Positions 56,669 to 64,000 of a stretch of DNA of 64,000 bases are shown here, one piece after another (position 1 is the first letter of the stretch; the number at the start of each line of letters is the position of its first letter). Origin of the DNA: Poseidonia sp. (GTDB lineage: Archaea; Thermoplasmatota; Poseidoniia; Poseidoniales; Poseidoniaceae); assembly GCA_965661285.1 (NCBI GenBank), contig CBFIDD010000005.1:41480-105479 (forward strand), given 5' to 3'. The notes beneath the pieces were generated by a model. That model was not told the origin of the DNA, searched no databases, and saw only the letters and a list, made by a program, of their open reading frames with translations. The translations under genes and the position numbers were made by a program.

Positions 56669-57064
56669 ATGCAGGGACGCGTGGAATGGCGAGGTGGCTC
56701 ATCGGCCGTTGGTTATACTTCATCAGGCCAGGAAGTTGCATACGATTGGAACGACGGGCCATCGCCCATGCAAGTGGCGTTGCAAACGGTGGGCTTGTGC
56801 ACGCTTGTCGATGTCGTCATCGGCATGAAGGACCGTGCGTTCAGCAAGGCATGGGTCGAACTCGATTCCACTCGGGCCTCCGAGCCGCCCCGGCGTTTTC
56901 TTTCCATCAGCATGGTGTTTCATATCGTCGGTGATGTGCCTGTCAAACTGGTTGAGCGAATCGTTGACAAGACGCTTGAGAAATATTGCAGCGTCGCAAG
57001 CTCCCTGAACCCCGATATTCCAATCGACTTCAAGGTCGTCGTCCACGAAGACTCAGAGGCTTGA
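56669..57064 (+). CDS. OsmC/Ohr-like (YhfA-type) protein
   Basis: 'GPSPMQ..GLCT..DV', 'EKYCSVASSL'. A TTCAAGAA box 29 nt before ATG 56669. Confidence 0.85.
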   Translation: MQGRVEWRGGSSAVGYTSSGQEVAYDWNDGPSPMQVALQTVGLCTLVDVVIGMKDRAFSKAWVELDSTRASEPPRRFLSISMVFHIVGDVPVKLVERIVDKTLEKYCSVASSLNPDIPIDFKVVVHEDSEA

Positions 57065-57559
57065 GGGCCGACCCTGTTGGGCAAGCGCATCGGTCAGTGC
57101 TTTGCAAAGGGAGTCGTACACAGGCTTCCAGCGAGCATGCAGGCCTTTGGGAGCGGCCATGGGTTTCCATGCGTCTTCGACAGCCAACACGGTGGCGAAG
57201 GGCTTGATGTGTTCACCGCCCATGTCGACGATGAGTGAGAGATGGTAGGCCTCTCGGTCTCGCTCGACCTTGAGGCTGGCCATGTCCACTTGTCCGCCAG
57301 AGAGCGAGGCGACGAGGCGTTCGTGGTCCAGCAAATCACGAGCCAACGTTGCGAGGAGTGATTCAACGCTCTCGGCGGAGACGCTTGGGCTCGCCATCAA
57401 CTCGGCCACCGGCTCTTCGTCGTCCTCCATAAAGGCGGCCAGCGGGTCGTAGGCTTGGACAGCAGGCTGCTCGTTTGAAACAGGCGTGTTGAGGCCGAGG
57501 GCTTCGTAAATGTCGATGTCTTCATTATCGGTCTCGGGAACACCGAACTCCTCAATCAT
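57053..57559 (-). CDS. Hypothetical protein with acidic disordered N-terminus
   Basis: ORF with TTAAGTAT 30 nt before ATG 57559. Confidence 0.65.
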   Translation of the reverse strand: MIEEFGVPETDNEDIDIYEALGLNTPVSNEQPAVQAYDPLAAFMEDDEEPVAELMASPSVSAESVESLLATLARDLLDHERLVASLSGGQVDMASLKVERDREAYHLSLIVDMGGEHIKPFATVLAVEDAWKPMAAPKGLHARWKPVYDSLCKALTDALAQQGRPSSL

Positions 57560-57671
57560 AGTATTATATTCGCGCCTCTTCATACTTAATGCATGGTTTC
57601 TTTTGTCCCTTGTTGCATCACGGATTGAGATAAAAAGCAAGCCTCTTACCACCCCCCTTGCTGGAGACGGC

Positions 57672-58283
57672 ATGGTCCGCCCCCGCACCTTGTTCTTGGC
57701 GACCATGTTCCTGTTGCTGTGGGGGAATCAACTGGCGGTCGCCTCGCCGTACGGATTGGGGGACGAAGCCAATGAAGGATGCCTCTGTCACACGCCCGAG
57801 GCCGAAACGAAGGTGCAGCTTACCGGGCTTCCCGATGCGTTTGAATCCAACATCACCTACACGCTAACCCTTGAAGTCATCAGCCCGATTGAAGCCGTCG
57901 ATAACCGCTCACAGGGCGGTTTCCGGATGTTGATTTCAGACGGAGAACTGGCCTACGACAACACGAGCGTGCAGGAGCGTGACAACGGATGGACGCAGAC
58001 CTCAAACGGTTCGTATCATCGAGCATGGACCTTTGCATGGACGGCCCCACCCGCTAACGACACCGCCACGACCTTTACCGTTCACGGCAATGCTGTCAAC
58101 GGAAACAACGCACAAACAGGTGATGCGTGGTCAACGCTGGAGACCGTTGTTCCCGGTGTTATGTACGAAGGGGACCTTTCGCCCGAGGAGGGCATTGACG
58201 GTGTCAGTCAAACCGACCGGATGCTGCTTGCCGTTGGCCTCCTGCTCATCCTCGCACTGCTTTGGTCGGTTGCCCGGCCGTGA
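57672..58283 (+). CDS. Exported Reeler-like (choice-of-anchor V-like) protein with CxCH motif and C-terminal TM
   Basis: Signal peptide, 'GCLCH', 'GGF', 'WTFAWTAP', 'GNAVNGN..TGD', terminal TM. Confidence 0.72.
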   Translation: MVRPRTLFLATMFLLLWGNQLAVASPYGLGDEANEGCLCHTPEAETKVQLTGLPDAFESNITYTLTLEVISPIEAVDNRSQGGFRMLISDGELAYDNTSVQERDNGWTQTSNGSYHRAWTFAWTAPPANDTATTFTVHGNAVNGNNAQTGDAWSTLETVVPGVMYEGDLSPEEGIDGVSQTDRMLLAVGLLLILALLWSVARP

Positions 58284-59438
58284 TCAGTTGACGAACTCGA
58301 TTTGCCGATTGCGCAACGCTCGAAGTTGACGGTTTTCGGTCGAGCCGTGAATTTGGTCGCTTTTCACGCCGGTGAGAACCAACATCACGCGCAACTCGTC
58401 ATCGCCAAGTTCTTCGCGTACAGCAGCTCCCCAGATGATTTTAGCATTCGGTGAAATCTGTTCCTTGATGAGTTGGGAGCAACGCTCTGCTTCGCCCAAC
58501 GTCAGCGTGGTTCCAGCGACGACGTTGATGAGGGCGCCACGAGCGTCGCTCATGTCCAAATCAAGCAAGGGCGAATGCAACGCTTCCATCGTCGCAGCGT
58601 CGGCACGTCCCGGCCCTTTGGCGCTGCCAAGACCGATCATCGCGACGCCAGCGCCCGAATTGACAATGGATTTCAGATCTTCAAAGTCAAGATTCACCAT
58701 GCCGTCGGTGGTGAGCAGTTCGGTCACGCCGGTGATGGAACGGACCAACAATTCGTCCCCAACCCGGAAGGCACTTGCGATCGGGAGGTCTTTGACACCC
58801 TCGATTTCCAACAAGCGCTCGTTGGGAATGACCAAAATGGTGTCGCAGTGTTCTCGCAAGCGCTCAAGACCCCACTCAGCGTTTTGCTTACGAAGGGATC
58901 CCTCGGATTTGAACGGGTAGGTTACCACGGCGATGGTCATGGCGCCCTGCGCTTTGGCGAGACGTGCGATATGTCCAGCAGCACCGGTCCCGGAACCGCC
59001 TCCCATGCCCGCCGTGATGATGGCGAGTTGGGTGTCGTTCGTGATGCGACGTAGCACACGTTCAGACTCCAACGCTGCTGCCTCGCCCTTGGTCGGGTCG
59101 CCTCCGGCCCCTCGGCCTCGGGCCGTCCGGCCAATCAGGATTTTTTCCTGAATGGGTGATTGGAGGAGGGCCTGTGCATCGGTGTTGATGGCGTACCCTG
59201 TCACGTAGGAGGATTCGAACAACTTTTCATCGAACAATCGGTTGATAGCGTTGCATCCAGCACCCCCAACACCGTAGACACGGATGCGAGGCTGGAGCGA
59301 TTCAAGCAGCGCCTTCAGCTCTTCTTCGGTGCCTTGGTCGGGCACCTCAGCATGTTGGACCACGCGTTGTTCCTCTTCGGAGAGTTCCAGTACACGTTCG
59401 ATCAAATGGCGCATGACCACATTTTCCGTTGTGGACAT
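58284..59438 (-). CDS. ftsZ: Cell division protein FtsZ
   Basis: 'GVGGAGCNAINR', 'AINTDAQAL', 'GAGGDP', 'GMGGGSGTGAA', 'NLDFED', archaeal-type C-terminus 'IEFV'. Confidence 0.95.
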   Translation of the reverse strand: MSTTENVVMRHLIERVLELSEEEQRVVQHAEVPDQGTEEELKALLESLQPRIRVYGVGGAGCNAINRLFDEKLFESSYVTGYAINTDAQALLQSPIQEKILIGRTARGRGAGGDPTKGEAAALESERVLRRITNDTQLAIITAGMGGGSGTGAAGHIARLAKAQGAMTIAVVTYPFKSEGSLRKQNAEWGLERLREHCDTILVIPNERLLEIEGVKDLPIASAFRVGDELLVRSITGVTELLTTDGMVNLDFEDLKSIVNSGAGVAMIGLGSAKGPGRADAATMEALHSPLLDLDMSDARGALINVVAGTTLTLGEAERCSQLIKEQISPNAKIIWGAAVREELGDDELRVMLVLTGVKSDQIHGSTENRQLRALRNRQIEFVN

Positions 59439-59503
59439 CTTCAATGTGCCGCCACTGGAAGGGCGCGGGAGACGGGTTTGAGAGGCCGTTTCTCGAAGCC
59501 GGT

Positions 59504-60553
59504 TCAGTCGCGCAGTCCTTCTTCGGTGACCTGATAGACACACTCACCGTCGGGGAGGTTCGGTGAGTCGACCAAACGAGCGATGCGTCGTCCGCCCTTC
59601 GCCTTGCGTAAGTAGAGTCGGAAGGTGCTGGCGTGCGCCAGAATGTGACCGCCAATGGGCTTCGTGGGGTCGCCCCACATGGCGTCGGGCTTGGAGTGAA
59701 CTTGGTTGGTCACCAGCACGAGCGCGTTGTTCACATCGGCGAGCTTCTTGAGGTCCTTCAGGTGGCTGTTGAGCTTTTGTTGTCGGCGAGCCAGCATGCC
59801 TCGTCCAATGAACTCAGCACGGAAGTGGCTGGTCAACGAGTCGACGATGATCATTTTCACGTTGAGTCCCTTGCTCATTCGCTTGATTTCGTCAGCCAGA
59901 AGCATTTGGTGAGCGGAGTTGTAGGCTCGGGCGACATGGATACGGGACAGCACGTAGTCGGGGTCCAGTCCATGCCCTCGGGCCATCTGAGTGATGCGCT
60001 CGGGTCGGAAGGTGTCCTCGGTGTCGATGTAGAACACATCACCGTCGAGACCGCCCTGGTCCTCCGGGAGCGTGCAGTTCACGGCGAGTTGGTGCCCAAT
60101 CTGGGTCTTACCGCTACCGAATTCACCGTAGACTTCCACGAGTGCTTGGGTTTCGAATCCACCGCCGAGCAGGTCGTCAATGGATTGAACCTTGGAGGAG
60201 AGCTTCTGGACTTCACGGCGTCGCTCGAGGAGTGCATCACCTGAAACGAAGCCGCCGATGTTGGCCATCTTCTTTGCAGCGGCGATGATCTTGGCCGAGA
60301 CGGCCTCACCGAGTTCGGCTTCTTCTGCGAGGTCGGCAGGCGACATCACGGCGAGTCCCAAGAGTTCCTCAAATCCGGCTTCGCGTAGTTTTTCTGCTGT
60401 TGCAGGCCCTACACCTGGCAGGTCTTCGATGGTCACCTTGACCTCTTCTTCTTCAGCCATTGGTGCGACCTTCTCGTCCACCGGTGCTTCATTCTTTTCA
60501 ACTTCAATGCTGACTTTTTTCTTCGATTTTGTTGGCATGTTCCATCCCTTCAT
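59504..60553 (-). CDS. radA: DNA repair and recombination protein RadA
   Basis: HhH '[13 protein letters not shown]', 'GEFGSGKTQ', '[12 protein letters not shown]', '[10 protein letters not shown]', 'DSPNLP'. No intein. Start is 60553 or 60538. Confidence 0.97.
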   Translation of the reverse strand: MKGWNMPTKSKKKVSIEVEKNEAPVDEKVAPMAEEEEVKVTIEDLPGVGPATAEKLREAGFEELLGLAVMSPADLAEEAELGEAVSAKIIAAAKKMANIGGFVSGDALLERRREVQKLSSKVQSIDDLLGGGFETQALVEVYGEFGSGKTQIGHQLAVNCTLPEDQGGLDGDVFYIDTEDTFRPERITQMARGHGLDPDYVLSRIHVARAYNSAHQMLLADEIKRMSKGLNVKMIIVDSLTSHFRAEFIGRGMLARRQQKLNSHLKDLKKLADVNNALVLVTNQVHSKPDAMWGDPTKPIGGHILAHASTFRLYLRKAKGGRRIARLVDSPNLPDGECVYQVTEEGLRD

Positions 60554-60702
60554 TTTGGCGGTGGCGTGCTTCACTATATGAAGGAGCGAAGGAGGGTGGC
60601 CGAACTCGAACGGGTTGACGACGGAAGATTTGCGATAATATCGTGCGCTCAGTGCATCGTTTTCTTCACTTTTAGTTTTGATTTCGTCAAACTGAAAGTG
60701 AA

Positions 60703-61524
60703 TCATGAGCGCCGAACGGTCGCCTCTGTTTCCAAGGGGTTCGGCGATGATTCAACCGCCTCATAGGCGATGGTGACGATGTGATGAATATCGATGGAAT
60801 CGTTTCCTGCGTCAATGGAGACATTGAGTGCCCAATCTCCGCCATCAACATTGTATTGGCTGTGCGTCCAAGATGCTTCCTGCCCGTCGCCAATCTGTTC
60901 GGTATGGAAGGCCTGCTCTTCACCCTCCGGGTCAACGAGGTGCCAGGTCACCGTGATTTGGGTTCCGGGAAGGATATCGTTTCGGTTGGTGATGGTGGAT
61001 TGCACGGCAAGATGTTCAGGGGTTGGGCACTGGCAGTCAGGGGTGGTGGCGAGCACCATGGAATCGGGGTCGTCGGTGTTGGTTTGAGTCCAATCGATTT
61101 CCTTATCGATGCGCAATACGAGTTCCATTGAGGCTTCGTTGTCGCTTTCATCGGTTGCCGAAAGGACGGCGGTGAACAACCCGTGGGTTTGGTAGGTGTA
61201 GGTAATGGTGGCTTGTTCATTGGCATTCACCGTAATGGCGTTGACCCCGTCGTCGTCGTCGCCAGGGTCAAACGAGAACGTCTTCATCATCCCGGCTTTT
61301 GAGGACACCCTTGCGAAATCAAACGACAATTCAACGCCCGTCGTTGAGATGACCGCTCCATTTTGCACCAGTTCTGCGATGGTGCCCGAAGTGGTGTCGT
61401 AGTGGACGTTCATTGAAATCGGGTTGTTGTCCCCATCCCCGTCGCCGTTGGAGAGACACCCCGTCAGCGTTGCAGCGAGCATGACGGCGAGCACGGCCAT
61501 CGTCTTGACGCAGTCGCCTCGCAT
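60703..61524 (-). CDS. Lipoprotein with PKD-like domain
   Basis: Lipobox 'LTGC' and PKD-like 'FDPGD...[19 protein letters not shown]'. Confidence 0.72.
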   Translation of the reverse strand: MRGDCVKTMAVLAVMLAATLTGCLSNGDGDGDNNPISMNVHYDTTSGTIAELVQNGAVISTTGVELSFDFARVSSKAGMMKTFSFDPGDDDDGVNAITVNANEQATITYTYQTHGLFTAVLSATDESDNEASMELVLRIDKEIDWTQTNTDDPDSMVLATTPDCQCPTPEHLAVQSTITNRNDILPGTQITVTWHLVDPEGEEQAFHTEQIGDGQEASWTHSQYNVDGGDWALNVSIDAGNDSIDIHHIVTIAYEAVESSPNPLETEATVRRS

Positions 61525-61618
61525 GAATAGGGTAGGTCGTACCACCTCATCAAATCACCCGTTTTCATGATGGGGTCGAGACGGTGGTTTGAAAGCGGTG
61601 AACCTTGGCGGACGGAGT

Positions 61619-61696
61619 AGCGAGGTGGGGTAGTCTGGATATCCCGTCGGGCTCATAACCCGGAGATCGATGGTTCAAATCCATCCCTCGCTACCA
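61619..61696 (+). tRNA. tRNA-Met(CAT), initiator
   Basis: Acceptor stem AGCGAGG/CCTCGCT with A1:U72, anticodon stem GGG-CTCATAA-CCC, T-loop TTCAAAT, encoded CCA. Confidence 0.96.
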
Positions 61697-62437
61697 TCAA
61701 CCGTACTGGTAGTAATCGTGCTTTGGCTGCAAACTGTCCAACGCTGTTTGAAGCCGAGCGTTTGCCGCTTGTTCTCCCGCGATGATGGCCGCCTGTTGCC
61801 CCTCAAGCCGCGTGCGCTCCGCTTGAAACCGCTCGGCATGTTTGGGCACCGAGGTTGCGGCATGGTGCAGGGTGGTCAACACGTCGTGGAGCGCCACCGC
61901 AGGCGAACCTTTCGGTTCGAGTTGAAACACACCGTTGGCCTGAATGACGTCGCCTGCCGAAGCGATGGCCCCCAGAAAGCGTTCAGCATGCTGTGGGTTC
62001 GGTATCGCGTTCAACGCTGCTTGAGCTGCTGCCAAATGACCTGGCATCAACTTCTCACACACACTGAAGGCTTTGGCCGCCTTGCGAGACTTTCCCGCCG
62101 CAGCCCAAAGAAGGCCTGCACGGAGGTGGTCTTCGTGTTCGGGTTGCATTGAGGCGAGCATCTGGGGCGCATGTTTCCGCAGCACCTTGACCAGCGCCTT
62201 GCGTTCGCCGTGCATGCGTTTGATCGTGGCCATGCTCTGGTCGGCTTTGCCTCGCAACAGGTAGATGTCGCACATCAAGCGAAGCCCTTTGAGCAGGAAG
62301 ATTTGGTCTTGAGGCTCCCGCTTTTTCTTGGCGAGCATCATGTCGCAAAACTGGGTTGCCATCACTTCGGAGAGTTCCAACCGTCCCTCCTGAACATATC
62401 GTTCAATTTGATGCAAGGTCTGTGAGGGGTCTTGCAT
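61697..62437 (-). CDS. Hypothetical TPR-like helical protein
   Basis: Helical-repeat pattern. The stop codon abuts the tRNA 3' end. Confidence 0.7.
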   Translation of the reverse strand: MQDPSQTLHQIERYVQEGRLELSEVMATQFCDMMLAKKKREPQDQIFLLKGLRLMCDIYLLRGKADQSMATIKRMHGERKALVKVLRKHAPQMLASMQPEHEDHLRAGLLWAAAGKSRKAAKAFSVCEKLMPGHLAAAQAALNAIPNPQHAERFLGAIASAGDVIQANGVFQLEPKGSPAVALHDVLTTLHHAATSVPKHAERFQAERTRLEGQQAAIIAGEQAANARLQTALDSLQPKHDYYQYG

Positions 62438-62548
62438 CCCGAACATGCTACCAATCCACCTGAGGGCCTCCGAGGCTATGGAGCCTTTGCTGCCGTGGTT
62501 CGCATTCTGCCTTCTGCGTTTATCAACCACCGCCAGCGAGAATGCCGT

Positions 62549-63097
62549 ATGGACCCCTGCGTTTTGGCCGTCTCCGGTACGCCGGGCGTGGGCAAGACCC
62601 ACCTCTGCACCACGCTCGAATCCCGAGGTTGGGCGGTCCTCTCGCTGGGTGACGTGGCCGAAGAACACGGCTGCTTGGGCGAGGTTGATACCACCGACGG
62701 CGCCGCTCCTATCGACATTCACCGTCTTGCTGAGGCATGGAAACCCCCGACATCGGGTTGCTGGTTGGTCGATGGGCATCTGGCCCATCTGCTGGAGGTC
62801 GATGGATTGGTTCTTCTACGCTGCCGACCTTCATCGCTCGCGCAGCGGCTTGAAACTCGAGGGTACAATGCAGACAAAGTTCGTGCCAATGTCGAATGGG
62901 AAATGACGGCAGGCCACTGGGCGGAACTGCTGGAATTTGAGGTCGACCTTCCGCTCTTGGAATTGGATGCTGGACAGCATGCGTCCTCTGAACTCGCCGA
63001 CGAGGTCGAGGCGTGGTACCGCAAAGGATTGCCGAGCGAGCCGCTGTCGGCCATGGCTGACGGGGCGTTGGATTGGCTGAGCGAATCCATGGGTTGA
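62549..63097 (+). CDS. Archaeal AK6/Fap7-type adenylate kinase
   Basis: 'VSGTPGVGKT', 'VDGHLAH', 'LRC.P..L..RL..RGY...KV..NVE.E'. TTTATC lies 30 nt upstream. Confidence 0.9.
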   Translation: MDPCVLAVSGTPGVGKTHLCTTLESRGWAVLSLGDVAEEHGCLGEVDTTDGAAPIDIHRLAEAWKPPTSGCWLVDGHLAHLLEVDGLVLLRCRPSSLAQRLETRGYNADKVRANVEWEMTAGHWAELLEFEVDLPLLELDAGQHASSELADEVEAWYRKGLPSEPLSAMADGALDWLSESMG

Positions 63098-63146
63098 CCC
63101 GCTCGGCTTCCATAAACCATAACACCCCCTTGGAGGTGGTGCTTCC

Positions 63147-63857
63147 ATGGCCCTTGAGAAAATGCGTCGTCGTTGGGAAGCGTGGCTCCAGCCTTTGTTG
63201 ACGACCTTCTACAAAATGTCGCCCAACACCGTGACATGGCTGGCCCTTCCCTTCGGTGTCGTCGGCGGTTTGTTGGCGATGTACGCCCCCGACGACTCGA
63301 CCGGCGGGGGATGGTTGCTCAGTGCTGCACTCATGATTGGGCTTGCGATGATCATCGACGGCCTTGACGGGTCTTTGGCCCGAGCCAAAGGTGAAGTCAC
63401 CCGGTGGGGCGACTACCTCGACCACACGATTGACCGCATCTTGGACGGCACGTGGGTGGTCTGCATCAGCGCCTCGGTGTTTGTTGGCGATACGACCCTC
63501 GGGTTTGCCGCCGCCTTCCTGACCTTGTTGGGCTCCTACATGGGCACACAGGCCCAAGCCGTTGCCGGTTCGAGGAACTACCGTGGATTTTCAAGAGCGG
63601 ACCGGACGGTCTTGACACTTCTCTCACTGGTCGTGATGGGCGTGATGGTGCTGGCGGGTTGGAGCATTGACGCCATGTACCCCGGCATGTTTGACCACAT
63701 CGAGGTCAATCCGTTGAGCCTCATCGTGTTCATTTCCGGTATCGGCGGCTTGTGGACCTTCACCGTACGCTTTGTTCAAGCCAAAGGGGAAATTCAGGCG
63801 CTTGATGCGGCCGACCCGTTGCCCCAACCCGGCATTGAAAACGAGTCGGATTCGTGA
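63147..63857 (+). CDS. CDP-alcohol phosphatidyltransferase (archaetidylinositol-phosphate synthase-like)
   Basis: 'SPNTVT' and signature 'DGLDGSLAR...TRWGDYLDHTIDRILD'. SD GGAGGTG upstream. Confidence 0.9.
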   Translation: MALEKMRRRWEAWLQPLLTTFYKMSPNTVTWLALPFGVVGGLLAMYAPDDSTGGGWLLSAALMIGLAMIIDGLDGSLARAKGEVTRWGDYLDHTIDRILDGTWVVCISASVFVGDTTLGFAAAFLTLLGSYMGTQAQAVAGSRNYRGFSRADRTVLTLLSLVVMGVMVLAGWSIDAMYPGMFDHIEVNPLSLIVFISGIGGLWTFTVRFVQAKGEIQALDAADPLPQPGIENESDS

Positions 63858-63946
63858 AGGATTGGCAGGCTCAAAACGGTCCCTTGATGGGCTGATTTGT
63901 CCTTTTTGAAGCGACATAGTGATAACGGACCAAGGCGACATGGTAG

Positions 63947-64000
63947 ATGATGGGTAGCCCAACGGCTGAACGAAACGGTGGTCTGCGCGCCGTCATCTTG
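63947..64000 (+). CDS. Possible 5' end of a gene running off the window
   Basis: Open frame MMGSPTAERNGGLRAVIL to the edge; too short to identify. Confidence 0.3.
   Translation, partial: MMGSPTAERNGGLRAVIL

Noticed and set aside
61619-61720. tRNA as an integration site
   Set aside because: I saw no duplicated tRNA 3' end, integrase or compositional shift.

Overview
This is a densely coding, GC-rich archaeal chromosome segment. Archaeal markers (GatE, RadA, a TFB-like factor, RaSEA, AK6-type kinase, archaeal initiator tRNA-Met) sit alongside many bacterial-type genes (MaeB, Icd, RlmH, Pip, PabAB/C, an AddAB-like helicase-nuclease, a GST) and a giant secreted beta-propeller protein. That mix fits Marine Group II Euryarchaeota (Ca. 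Poseidoniales), which is an inference. I count about 50 CDS and one tRNA, and see no CRISPR array, IS element, integrase or rRNA. The most unusual items are: (1) a cbb3/CcoN-fold membrane protein that lacks the haem/copper His ligands, is fused to a pair of EF-hands and lies behind a perfect G/C-tract palindrome; (2) a divergent TFB paralogue head-to-head with an AddAB/AdnAB-like pair in which both nucleases carry a 4-Cys Fe-S-type motif; (3) a PQQ-propeller/DUF4430 fusion coupled to a CbrT-like S component, a candidate B12 scavenger; (4) a 2776-aa surface protein with a repeated cytoplasmic tail motif; (5) degenerate TATA boxes 29-31 nt before many start codons, implying leaderless transcripts. 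All family calls come from motif recognition by eye, not from database searches.
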